Source of the DNA: an uncultured Hyphomicrobiales bacterium
Lineage (GTDB): Bacteria > Bacteroidota > Ignavibacteria > Kapaibacteriales > UBA2268
Assembly (NCBI GenBank): GCA_964610885.1
Contig: CAZSWR010000004.1
Span: 16,200-80,199, forward strand
Direction: 5' to 3'
DNA length: 64,000 nt
The notes beneath the pieces are model-generated. The model had not been told where the DNA came from, did no database searches, and saw only the letters and a list, made by a program, of their open reading frames with translations. The translations under genes were made by a program, and so were the position numbers. Below, piece after piece: positions 35,601 through 43,867 of this stretch; position 1 is the stretch's first letter, and each line of letters opens with the position of its first letter.

Positions 35601-38234
35601 GCCGCCGAACGTCTTCTTCCATTGAATACCTGGAACGCCATTCGGCGCAATCAGCGGGACATCCCAGACACGCGCAATATTGGTCGTGTCAGTCAGAGAG
35701 TCCATCGTCACTAATCTATTTTCCACAGGCGACCAGACAGGATCCACACCCGGGACAATAGAAATCAAGCTGTAAGTGTTGGCATCATAGACTTTTGTGG
35801 ATTTGTTATCCGCAATGGCAAAAAACAGGCCTGAGTGATGCCAAGAAAAGACATTATTTATTTTCACAACACCAAATGTTCCAATTCCTCTTGCTATCAG
35901 GTTCATTAGCTCTTTGCCACTTTTGGCATCGAAAATTTTCGTTGGCATATCATTTTCGAAGACACCTTCTTCCCGAATTATTGCAAAAGATGAGCCGTTG
36001 GGGTTCCAAACAATGGTCTTATAATAATAAGAGGATAGGCTCTCAACATTAATTGATTTGAGCATCAAACCGTTAGACGTATTCCAAATCTTCGCAGTCC
36101 CGTCTTCGGAGGTGGTTACCAAAGTGCTCCCGTCGGGATTCCATGCCACTTGTTGGACCCACGAGGGGTGGCTGAGCGTGTGCAGAATGCTCCCTGTATT
36201 GGCATCGAATATTTTCGCCGTGCTGTCGCAGTCGGCAATTGCCAAGCGGTCGTCAATTGGGCTCCAAGCGATGTGCATAATTAACGGTCGAGTTGCCTCA
36301 TTGGCCGGATCCAACTTGCGGAGCAAAGTGCCTGTATTGCCATCCCATACCTGGACCAATCCATTATTTGTTACGTGGGCAATTTTGTTTCCGTCCATAT
36401 TCCACTCCACATTAAATCGGGGATCATGCCATAGATTTTGTCTTGATGTTTCGCCAAGGACAAAAAGCCGTTCGCCAGTTTGTACGTTCCAAATATCGAC
36501 CTCGCCATTTCCCCTGCCTGTGGCCAATCGCGTGCCGTCAGGACTCCAAGACAAACTGGAAATATCAAAAGGATTGGGGCCATCATAGTAATAATAATGA
36601 ATTGAATCTCCAGTGGACGCATTCCACGCTGAAATTATCAAAGGGCTCTCATCGCTAAAACGAGAAATCGAAGCAAGCCGCGTGCCATCAGGACTCCATT
36701 TTGTCTCGTTCATTTGAAGTGGAAATATTTTCGAATTGTAATGAAAATCTGCATTAAATTCGGAGATCAGCGTTGGCGACACCTGTTCCTGCACCCTGAC
36801 CAAGCAATGGCCGCTGGGCGGTTTGGGGATGTTTTTCCAATTCCATTTCATCCCCGATGCCGAATCCGTGAGTAGGCTCCATGTGGAGCCTCCATCTGTC
36901 GAGTACTCAATCCCGACGACATCTTGGGGCAGTATGCCCTCCCACGTAATGATGGAATCGGTTGCAACCACGTAGCTCTCGCCGCCATTCGGCGAGACGA
37001 CTCTCAGCGTGGGCGTTTCGATTTTGTGACCCAGGAATCCTCCCCTCGCATAGATGCTTGCAGGGCAAAGGTCAGTTATCAAATCAATTTTAGTATAAAT
37101 AATGCTGCTGTCCGTGGGAGTATAGGTCAGAGTAATACTTCGTGATTCGCCTTGGTTCAACGAAAAGCTGGAGGGCGAAATCGTGAAATGGTTGTCCGAG
37201 GTGGCGAATCCCGAAACGGTAAAGGCAGAGTTAACAGCCGTTACGGTTAGCGTAGTGTCGTGGCCAACGCCCGGTTTCTTGTTTCGGAAGAAGACACCCG
37301 ACGGAACGATGTCCAAATAGGCGACCGAATTCTCCGGCGGTACGTATGAAAACTTGTCCGAAGCGCCATTTGCCACAAGCCGCGCCTCGCCGTCGTTCCG
37401 CGAGAAGCTACAATTCAAACCACTTTGCCATTCGATGGTGCACGGTTCGATTCCCTGCGCAATGAATTGAATACGTTTATATACTTCCTTTGCCTCGTCG
37501 ATAGTCGTAACGTTTTCGAACCATTCGGCTCCGGTCTGTTCGGACAAATCGCGGAGGATTTTGGGGCAAGGCATATTGAGCGTAACGCAATATACGAAAG
37601 CATTCTGTGCTTGGGCCTGCGCGATGATCGCGGGTATATCCGGCTCGAAGTTCGGTTGGCCATCGGACAGGAAAATGATTACTTTTTTGTATTTGGCTTT
37701 ATTCAATATTTTGAATCCGCCGGTCAGCTGGTCGAGGAATGCCGGCTCGTAATTCGTGCCGTCCTCCCCGGCCATGGCGTTGATTGCGGCCAGAAGCGAT
37801 GCTTTGTCTGATGTGAAGTCTCGGTCAATATAGCTCGATCCGTTGAAACTTGTGATAGCGCATTCGCAAGTGCTTTGCGGCAATCCGTTAATCCAAGCGG
37901 TAGCGGCTCCCTTGGCCATATCGAGGTTTTTGAAACCGCCCAAGTCCCACTCCATCGAACCGGAAACGTCCATTATGAGCAACGAAGAAATCGGGACAGC
38001 CGCGGCCGAAGGGCAAGTAACGTTTAGCACGCTTCTGGCCTTCCAACCTTCGGTAATCGCGAAGTCGGCAGGATTTAAGTTGTTAATTCTTTGGTTGCTG
38101 GCGTCTGTAGCGAAGAATTTCGCTTTGACAGTCGGGAATGCCGAAGCGTCGATGCCGAACATATCCAACGATTGGGATCGGGCGCTAACAATTGTTAATA
38201 GCATCGCGATACAAATGCTCAAGTACTTTTTCAT
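32655..38234 (-). CDS. Giant multidomain T9SS cargo: vWA, PD40/WD40-like blades, 7-repeat propeller, Ig-like modules, two cohesin-like modules, T9SS CTD
   Basis: The start is set at ATG 38234 (MKKYLSICIAMLLTIVSARSQ); the 80-codon upstream extension in the track is AT-rich junk. The vWA MIDAS is IMDVSGSM ... GTNYEPAF ... FLSDGQPN. Repeated WSPDGTRLA-type blades follow, then seven ~58-aa W-x-K-x-x-GGSG...DG...VAG...DGDV...G..D.W..KL repeats. Two cohesin-like modules carry SVPIVLQAASDLGIAGVTAFSFELLYD and VRIPIILSQQNYLSASGVTGFTFDLSYN. The last 86 aa fit a T9SS CTD. Confidence 0.85.
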   Translation of the reverse strand: MKKYLSICIAMLLTIVSARSQSLDMFGIDASAFPTVKAKFFATDASNQRINNLNPADFAITEGWKARSVLNVTCPSAAAVPISSLLIMDVSGSMEWDLGGFKNLDMAKGAATAWINGLPQSTCECAITSFNGSSYIDRDFTSDKASLLAAINAMAGEDGTNYEPAFLDQLTGGFKILNKAKYKKVIIFLSDGQPNFEPDIPAIIAQAQAQNAFVYCVTLNMPCPKILRDLSEQTGAEWFENVTTIDEAKEVYKRIQFIAQGIEPCTIEWQSGLNCSFSRNDGEARLVANGASDKFSYVPPENSVAYLDIVPSGVFFRNKKPGVGHDTTLTVTAVNSAFTVSGFATSDNHFTISPSSFSLNQGESRSITLTYTPTDSSIIYTKIDLITDLCPASIYARGGFLGHKIETPTLRVVSPNGGESYVVATDSIITWEGILPQDVVGIEYSTDGGSTWSLLTDSASGMKWNWKNIPKPPSGHCLVRVQEQVSPTLISEFNADFHYNSKIFPLQMNETKWSPDGTRLASISRFSDESPLIISAWNASTGDSIHYYYYDGPNPFDISSLSWSPDGTRLATGRGNGEVDIWNVQTGERLFVLGETSRQNLWHDPRFNVEWNMDGNKIAHVTNNGLVQVWDGNTGTLLRKLDPANEATRPLIMHIAWSPIDDRLAIADCDSTAKIFDANTGSILHTLSHPSWVQQVAWNPDGSTLVTTSEDGTAKIWNTSNGLMLKSINVESLSSYYYKTIVWNPNGSSFAIIREEGVFENDMPTKIFDAKSGKELMNLIARGIGTFGVVKINNVFSWHHSGLFFAIADNKSTKVYDANTYSLISIVPGVDPVWSPVENRLVTMDSLTDTTNIARVWDVPLIAPNGVPGIQWKKTFGGSGEDYLESIAKCADGSYIVAGSTDSQDGDVLVKRGKSDFWVMRLSPTDGGRIWQQWLGGSGNDIARSIIECDDGSIVVAGESDSKDGQITSSWGKTDCWVVKLDADGGMIWQKNLGGSGDDAVYSITEGKDNSYIVSGWTNSTDGNVSGNKGGIDYWVAKLNATNGDIIWSKCLGGTGSDYAYSVMESKDGYYVVAGSSASADGDVLANKGGYDYWIAKLDPADGRIVWKKSYGGSGNETANSIIESNDGNYIVSGYSASSDGDVTGNHGQNDYWILKVQSTDGALIWEKTLGGSDRDNATSIVEESDGTLCVAGYSYSVDGDVTGNHGLSDWWIAKLKSADGSMVWQKTIGGSGGNECAMSIIKNDDASFAIAGFATSNDGDFSNNRGGRDFWIAKLEPPVQLQSDVSDNVFAIIMPTLVSKDINMGKVYVSTFKDSTVSAFITNTGTSKTRIDSISFTAAGTNPFSITSGNAPFELKPGGTRAVEFRFHPAALGVQTATINIYSPDSTLKQTITGDGVSREIEVISSTIDFGQVELGDFRDTANAFTIRNVSPNPVTITSIAHEGPNASDFTTVQTIPSMTIPAGDTAKMTLKFLPSGLGRTTGTLHFNYIGTNSPAIVRLYGEGINSLQPAGTATISAGSVSVASGVTASVPIVLQAASDLGIAGVTAFSFELLYDASVAEPVAMTSYPETGNLRYLRFDNIATNGAAGEVLANVSFRAIGAPGTLTVLTVRNVLPIGGAAAITLVNGLINIVDQPGCSATLRADTATAFVGDTVRIPIILSQQNYLSASGVTGFTFDLSYNSTILKALDFPNEVENNGTKTITLTSVSTTGTAGETLTNVRFVVALGNAEFTSLVLSNYSSVGAVATIGVEDGRVSIADICKEGGPRFVNGSLHSAMRSVTPNPAGETITIEYSNADEGKAEFNLTDVLGNTVKSARLEKVQNGVLTIDLSDVPQGLYFGTFKTESVVSSVRIGVIK
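34398..35615 (-). repeat. In-frame tandem coding repeat (7 x ~174 nt) inside the giant gene
   Basis: The protein-level units begin IQWKKTFGGSGEDY, IWQQWLGGSGNDI, IWQKNLGGSGDDA, IWSKCLGGTGSDY, VWKKSYGGSGNET, IWEKTLGGSDRDN and VWQKTIGGSGGNE. Coordinates were derived by counting residues back from the stop. Confidence 0.7.
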
Positions 38235-38600
38235 GATGAAACCACAATATATATAAAAATTTTCTATCAGACTACCGGTTAGAGTACAACAAACAGAAGT
38301 AAATACTTTGAAGCAAATTGCAGGTTTGGAATATGAAATATTTCTTTGTATGTAAGAATTGGAAATAGTATTCCATTCTTTGAGTCCTTGGAAAATCCAG
38401 ACCAGCACTTTGGGAGAACGCAATGAAGTTACAAATATATATAAAAAAGGAATAAATACCAAATAGGAATTCAAGCAGCCTATCGTCTTGTACTATTTGG
38501 AATTTGTGGCCGGTGGCCCGAGGGGGCTTTATCCCGCTCCAACAATAATACAACCACATTCTGTGAGTTATCGGCAGGTTTTGATTTGTTCCGCACGACA

Positions 38601-38636
38601 AAAGGGGCTAGGATTGGATCCTTGCCCCTTTTTTTC
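38601..38636 (-). terminator. Rho-independent terminator after the deoxyhypusine-synthase-like gene
   Basis: An AAGGGGC / GCCCCTT stem is flanked by A/T runs. On the minus strand it reads AAAAAAAGGGGCAAGGATCCAATCCTAGCCCCTTTT. It lies about 45 nt beyond the stop at 38680. Confidence 0.7.
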
Positions 38637-38679
38637 ATTAGCATTTATGCTTTTATTTCTTTTTCAGATTTGGCAGAAA

Positions 38680-39702
38680 TTAGAGCGAATCGCAGTATTT
38701 GCGTTCGGTTCTGTTTTTGAAAGCTGCCTTGTGGTATGCGTAGCCGGCGATGAGAGGCATTGCAATTGTTGCCTCGGAGTACACCATTTGTTCGAAAGTG
38801 GTTTCCACTTTGCCCCAAGAGCTTGCTTCCTTGAGGGTCGAGCCGGAGAGGCCGCCGTCGCGTTCGTCGGCAACGGTGATCTGGACGGCATATTTGTGCA
38901 TAGGCGCTTCGACGTCGAGCACTTCGCAGGCCACCACGATGTCTTGTGTGAAGTTTTTGGGCACGCCGCCACCGATCATTAGGATACCCGAATCTTTGGA
39001 TTGCATTTTGATGCGAGTCAGCTCGAGGAAGTCCTTCGCGCTATCGATCGAAACGTGGGATTCGGGATTGTTGAATTGGTGATGCACGAAGCCGAATCCG
39101 GCCGAGCAATCCGAGAAAGCCGGGCAGAAGATAGGTACGCGCTTTTCGTAGCAAGTGCGGACGACGGAACCTTCGCCTTTTTTATTGAGCACGAGCCATT
39201 TGCCCATCTCTTCGATGAACTCGCGCGAGCTGAATGGGCGGTGTTCGAGCGAATTGCAGATCTCGGCGATTGTCATATCGCAGACGCGGAGGTCTTCTTC
39301 GTCGATAAACGTATCGTAGATGCGGTCAACCATTTGTTCGCGAAGCACGTTATCGTCCACGAAGGGCGTACCCTGATAGTGATGGAAACCGAGGGCTTCG
39401 AGGTAGTCCTGGTCGACGATGTTTGCGCCGGTGGAAACGATTGCGTCCACCATATTGTTGCGCACCATGTCCACGACAACGTCTTTGAGGCCGGCGCTGA
39501 AAAGCGAACCGGCGAGAGTAAGAATAACGGTACAATCCTTGTCGGCGACCATTTTTTCGAAAATTGTAGCTGCGCGGTGCAAGTTGCGCGCTTGGAATGC
39601 CATTTTGCCCATTGCATCGACGAGAGGTACGACGTTGTGAGCTTTGATGTCGATGTGTTCGACGAGGCGATTAGGATTCAGAATGTCTTTTTTCTCAGGC
39701 AT
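38680..39702 (-). CDS. Deoxyhypusine synthase family protein (bacterial DHS / homospermidine-synthase-like)
   Basis: 340 aa with TLAGSLFSAGL, STGANIVDQD and the catalytic-lysine context LKEASSWGKVE (eukaryotic DHS has EAVSWGK). Confidence 0.8.
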   Translation of the reverse strand: MPEKKDILNPNRLVEHIDIKAHNVVPLVDAMGKMAFQARNLHRAATIFEKMVADKDCTVILTLAGSLFSAGLKDVVVDMVRNNMVDAIVSTGANIVDQDYLEALGFHHYQGTPFVDDNVLREQMVDRIYDTFIDEEDLRVCDMTIAEICNSLEHRPFSSREFIEEMGKWLVLNKKGEGSVVRTCYEKRVPIFCPAFSDCSAGFGFVHHQFNNPESHVSIDSAKDFLELTRIKMQSKDSGILMIGGGVPKNFTQDIVVACEVLDVEAPMHKYAVQITVADERDGGLSGSTLKEASSWGKVETTFEQMVYSEATIAMPLIAGYAYHKAAFKNRTERKYCDSL

Positions 39703-39846
39703 TTATCTCTCCGAAATAAATAACAAAAAACAAGCATCAGAGGGCTGCTGGAATAAGTTAATTGTATGAGCAGCCCCACGAGCGATATATTCGGCAATGG
39801 CCGAAAAAAAAGCGTCGTGCAAAACATGCATAACGCTTTTTAGTTG

Positions 39847-39942
39847 TTAACGATTACGTTTTTTATGTCTGTTCTTACGCAATCTTTTTTTTCTTTTGTG
39901 AGTAGCCATTTTATGGCGTTTTCTCTTTTTTCCGCAGGGCAT
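39847..39942 (-). CDS. 31-aa Lys/Arg-rich peptide (bS22 / AURKAIP1-COX24-like small ribosomal-type protein)
   Basis: Hand translation of the minus strand gives MPCGKKRKRHKMATHKRKKRLRKNRHKKRNR followed by a stop. It resembles the MPSGKKRKRHKMATHKRKKRLRKNRHKKK-type peptides I recall being annotated in Bacteroidota. It is below the ORF-track cutoff. Confidence 0.6.
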   Translation of the reverse strand: MPCGKKRKRHKMATHKRKKRLRKNRHKKRNR

Positions 39943-40119
39943 AGTAACTCCGGATTAATTTATTAAAAAATACTGGATTAACTACAGAATCCGAATTTTG
40001 TGCTGTGCACATATCGGACGATCAAATCGCGGATGCAGTCCGGCCCAACCCGAAACCGGGTTTGGGGATTATGATAAAGTGTCAAAGAGCCGGACATGAC
40101 CCGAAGAAATTAAGCAGGA

Positions 40120-40416
40120 TTATTCCGCTTGTCCTTGCATTTTGTCGTTTACCTTCGTCAAAAATTCGGGAGAAGGCTTGAAAACCGGAACGTATCTTTT
40201 CTCGAGAGGGACCAAATCGCCAGTCTTGGGATTGCGGGCCATACGGGGTTTTCTGCTTTTATGTTTGAACACGCCAAAGCCGCGCAGTTCAATTCTTTTT
40301 CCATCTGAGATAGCCGAAATGATGCTTGAAAAAACGCCGTCAACCACGGCTTTGGTTTCGATTTTGGTAAGCCCGGTTGATTTTGCGATTTCATCAACAA
40401 TATCTGCTTTTGTCAT
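40120..40416 (-). CDS. hup: HU/IHF-family DNA-binding protein
   Basis: 98 aa with MTKADIVDEIAKSTGLTKIETKAVVD and the arm motif GFGVFKHKSRKPRMARNPKTGDLV. Confidence 0.9.
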   Translation of the reverse strand: MTKADIVDEIAKSTGLTKIETKAVVDGVFSSIISAISDGKRIELRGFGVFKHKSRKPRMARNPKTGDLVPLEKRYVPVFKPSPEFLTKVNDKMQGQAE

Positions 40417-40613
40417 ATTATCCCACCTTAATTTTAAAAAACAAAAAAAGTTTCTAACATGTTTAAGAATTCAAATTTACAAAATTTCCGTGCAAAGAAA
40501 AAAACATTTTTGAAAAATATTTTTCAAGAGCAATTCAGTGTTTGAATTTTACACATAATAGAAGTAATTTAGTAGTTTGAGAAAATTGCATAATTAATGC
40601 AGGGATTTTTGTC

Positions 40614-41456
40614 GTGAACTGGAACCAAGAACTAACACAAGATGACTCAAGCCGTCAGCAGGCTGTCCGCGAGTGCGGTGCTCTACCGCGCCACATCGCT
40701 GTGATTATGGACGGCAATGGCCGTTGGGCCGTCGAAAGGAATTTCTCGCGCTCCGAGGGCCACCGCCAAGGAATCGAGACAGTACGCGAAATCGTCAAGG
40801 CTTCGTCCCAGATCGGCGTCAAATATCTTACTCTTTATGCGTTCTCTGTCGAAAATTGGAAACGCCCCTCGGCCGAGGTTGGCGTCCTGATGAAACTTCT
40901 TGAGCTATACCTGCGTAAGGAAATTGACGAATTGCACAAGAATAACGTCAGGTTTATGACTATTGGCCGGCTGAGTTCGCTCCCGAAAGCCATTCAGAAA
41001 CTTGTTATCAACTCCACCGAAAAGACAAAAAACAATACGGGCCTGACGCTCACTCTCGCCCTCAGCTACAGCGGCCGGTGGGACATCGTCCGGGCAGTGC
41101 AAATGATTGCCCTCGACGTCCGCCGCGGCAAAGTCTCGCCCGAAGATATCAACGAAGAGTTCTTTTCGAACCAATTGCAAACAAACGGTATCCCCGACCC
41201 AGACCTGATGATCCGCACCAGCGGAGAAATGCGGCTTAGCAACTTCTTGCTCTGGGAAATGGCTTACGGCGAAATGTACATCTGCGATAAGTTTTGGCCC
41301 GATTTCTCCCGCGAAGACTTATATAAAGCTATAGAAAATTATGCCGGACGCGAAAGGCGATTTGGCAAAACTTCCGCTCAAATTACTAACGAAGAAGAGA
41401 ATGAAAGTAAAAAATTTTCAATACAAAGAGTCATTAATGCTATCAAAACGAAGTAA
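40614..41456 (+). CDS. uppS: Isoprenyl transferase (undecaprenyl diphosphate synthase)
   Basis: 280 aa starting at GTG, with HIAVIMDGNGRWA, LTLYAFSVENWKRP and RTSGEMRLSNFLLWEMAY. Confidence 0.9.
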   Translation: MNWNQELTQDDSSRQQAVRECGALPRHIAVIMDGNGRWAVERNFSRSEGHRQGIETVREIVKASSQIGVKYLTLYAFSVENWKRPSAEVGVLMKLLELYLRKEIDELHKNNVRFMTIGRLSSLPKAIQKLVINSTEKTKNNTGLTLTLALSYSGRWDIVRAVQMIALDVRRGKVSPEDINEEFFSNQLQTNGIPDPDLMIRTSGEMRLSNFLLWEMAYGEMYICDKFWPDFSREDLYKAIENYAGRERRFGKTSAQITNEEENESKKFSIQRVINAIKTK

Positions 41457-43800
41457 AACAGTACTCCTGCTATTCTTTGCCTTATTTATGGCAAACAATG
41501 CCTTCGGGCAGTATCAGCAAACAAAACTTACTATTGTGGGTATCGACGTGGAAGGAAACCAGTTTTCCGACCCGCAGACCATAATCGCACTGACGGGCTT
41601 AAGGATCGGCGAGCAAATTGTCTATCCGTCCGACAACAAATTGCAGCTCGCAATAAAGGCTCTCTGGAATCGGCACCAATTTTCTGACGTGGACATCGTC
41701 GCCGACAAGATCAACCAAATGGGCGTTTTCCTGCGTATCAAAGTCCGTGAATTTCATCGGCTTAGCTCGATTCGTTTCGATGGAAACTCCAAAATGTCGT
41801 CCGAGAAACTTAAGAAAGAAGTTGGCCTCTTCACCGGAGATATCCTCTCGCCGAACGACATCTATTTGGCCAAAAGGAAACTTCTCAAGCTCTACGCCGG
41901 GGACGGGCTGGCCCACGCCCGTATCGAGGCCAAAACCGAAGCTACCGATACTAATTACTACGACCGGCTGGTTATGACAATCGCCGAAGGATCAGAATTC
42001 TATTGCGAAACCCTTGACTTCGTTGGGAATACGCATTTCACCAGCGGAAAGCTGGCCAGCGCCTTCGACGACACGCATACGAAACATTGGTGGCAATTCT
42101 GGCGTTCGTCCAAGTTCGACCTGAATAAATACAAAAAAGACAAGGAATTACTGATAAAATTCTATCGCGAAAAGGGCTTCATCGATGCCGAAATCCTGAA
42201 GGATACCGTTATCTATGACGAAGAAAAAGGCGAATGCCACATCACGGTCAATGTCCGCGAAGGGAATCCTTATTATATTAGGAATATCACATTCCAAGGC
42301 AATACTGTTTACGCCTCCGACGTGCTCAAGAAACGCTTAGATTTCAAAAAGGGCGACCCTTACGATTCGGAAACATTCAAAATGAACATGAACGGCAACG
42401 CCGAGCAGACCGATGCGCTTTCTGCATATTTGGACAACGGCTACCTGCGCTCCGCCATGATGGCCGAGGAAACCCGAATCCAACCCGATTCGGTCGATAT
42501 TAACGTCCAAGTGCTCGAGGGCGAACGCTTCACGGTTCGAAAGATCGATATAGTCGGGAACCGCGCCACCAAAGACAAAGTGGTCCGCCGCGAACTCTAC
42601 ACACAACCCGGCGATTATTTCTCGCGCTCGGCAATGATCCGCAGCGTCCGTGCGCTCGGCGCATTGAACTTCTTCAATCCCGAAGCGCTCAAACCAGACG
42701 TAAAATTATTAGACAACAACAAAGTCGATCTGATCTACAAGGTCGAGGAACGCTCCACCTCACAGGTGAACGCCTCGGTTGGTTTTGCCGGTTCTTTCGG
42801 TATCACCGGTTCGATTGGCCTATCGTTCAACAATTTCTCGCTCACCGAACCGTTCCTTGGCGGCGCCGGGCAGGTGTTGAACTTCAACTGGGAGTTTGGC
42901 CAGCTGAGCCGCTACCAGACGCTTTCGCTCGGTTTCACAGAACCGTGGTTCATGGACCAACCGACCACACTCGGATTCAACGTTTACAATTCATACATTC
43001 GATACAATTACGAAATGAAACGTACCGGTATTTCCGTAAATATTGGTAGGCGTTTCCACTGGCCGGACGATTACTTCCGTGGGGACTTGACGTTTAGCGC
43101 CCAACGCAACGACGTCGGCGATTACACCTCTTCGATATACTACCGCGCAGGTATAACTAATGAATACTCTGTCGGGCTATCCATCTCCCGCGTCAGTTTG
43201 GACAACATGTTCTTCCCTGCCCACGGCTCGCGTTTCTCGGTTTCGTCGCAATGGGCCATGGGCGCTGCCGGAATCGGTAACACTGATTATATTAAGAATT
43301 CGGCCCGCTTCGACATGGTGCACCCGATTTGGTCCGTCGAGAACAATCCGAAGCTGGTTCTTTACCTGAGCACGAACTGGGGCTATATCACTGGTATCAA
43401 AAGCGATACGACCATCTCCCCTATCGAGTTGTACTACATGGGCGGCAATGGCCTGAGCGGATTCAGCGTTACGCCACTGCGCGGATACGACGACCAAACC
43501 ATCGGCCCTACGGGCGGCGGCCGTGTGATGATTCGCAACACAGCCGAGCTTCGTTTCGTTTTGGCCCAGAACCCAATGCCGATCTACGTTTACGGTTTTG
43601 GCGAGGCGGGCAACGTGTGGAGTTCGATGAAATCTTCGGATCCGTTTTCGCTCAAACGTTCGGCCGGTATTGGTATCCAATTGTTCATGAATCCCATCGG
43701 CCTAATCGGCTTCAGCTATGGCTATGGATTCGATCCGCCAACAGGATCGCTGACGAAATCTGGATGGCGATTCCTTTTCCATTTTGGAAATCAACAGTAA
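41437..43800 (+). CDS. bamA: Outer membrane protein assembly factor BamA
   Basis: It has the signal peptide MLSKRSKTVLLLFFALFMANNAFGQ, POTRA repeats (IVGIDVEGN..., IRFDGN..., LDFVGN..., ITFQGN..., IDIVGN...) and a C-terminal Omp85 barrel. The start is ambiguous: 41401 or 41437, both overlapping the uppS end. Confidence 0.85.
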   Translation: MLSKRSKTVLLLFFALFMANNAFGQYQQTKLTIVGIDVEGNQFSDPQTIIALTGLRIGEQIVYPSDNKLQLAIKALWNRHQFSDVDIVADKINQMGVFLRIKVREFHRLSSIRFDGNSKMSSEKLKKEVGLFTGDILSPNDIYLAKRKLLKLYAGDGLAHARIEAKTEATDTNYYDRLVMTIAEGSEFYCETLDFVGNTHFTSGKLASAFDDTHTKHWWQFWRSSKFDLNKYKKDKELLIKFYREKGFIDAEILKDTVIYDEEKGECHITVNVREGNPYYIRNITFQGNTVYASDVLKKRLDFKKGDPYDSETFKMNMNGNAEQTDALSAYLDNGYLRSAMMAEETRIQPDSVDINVQVLEGERFTVRKIDIVGNRATKDKVVRRELYTQPGDYFSRSAMIRSVRALGALNFFNPEALKPDVKLLDNNKVDLIYKVEERSTSQVNASVGFAGSFGITGSIGLSFNNFSLTEPFLGGAGQVLNFNWEFGQLSRYQTLSLGFTEPWFMDQPTTLGFNVYNSYIRYNYEMKRTGISVNIGRRFHWPDDYFRGDLTFSAQRNDVGDYTSSIYYRAGITNEYSVGLSISRVSLDNMFFPAHGSRFSVSSQWAMGAAGIGNTDYIKNSARFDMVHPIWSVENNPKLVLYLSTNWGYITGIKSDTTISPIELYYMGGNGLSGFSVTPLRGYDDQTIGPTGGGRVMIRNTAELRFVLAQNPMPIYVYGFGEAGNVWSSMKSSDPFSLKRSAGIGIQLFMNPIGLIGFSYGYGFDPPTGSLTKSGWRFLFHFGNQQ

Positions 43801-43867
43801 TTAGTTAATTTTGCTGATTATATAAATTTGACAATCAAGTAAACATTTTTTATCTTAGGAGTTCATT

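Noticed and set aside
38235-38474. 80-codon N-terminal extension of the giant-gene ORF in the track
   Set aside because: The extension is AT-rich with an odd composition (FIPFLYIFVTSLRS...). The internal MKKYLSICIAMLLTIVSARSQ is a proper signal peptide. I therefore placed the start at 38234.
41341-41436. Upstream extension of the bamA ORF deep into uppS
   Set aside because: The signal peptide begins at MLSKRSK (41437), with MKVKNF (41401) as an alternative. The first 20-32 codons translate the uppS 3' end out of frame.
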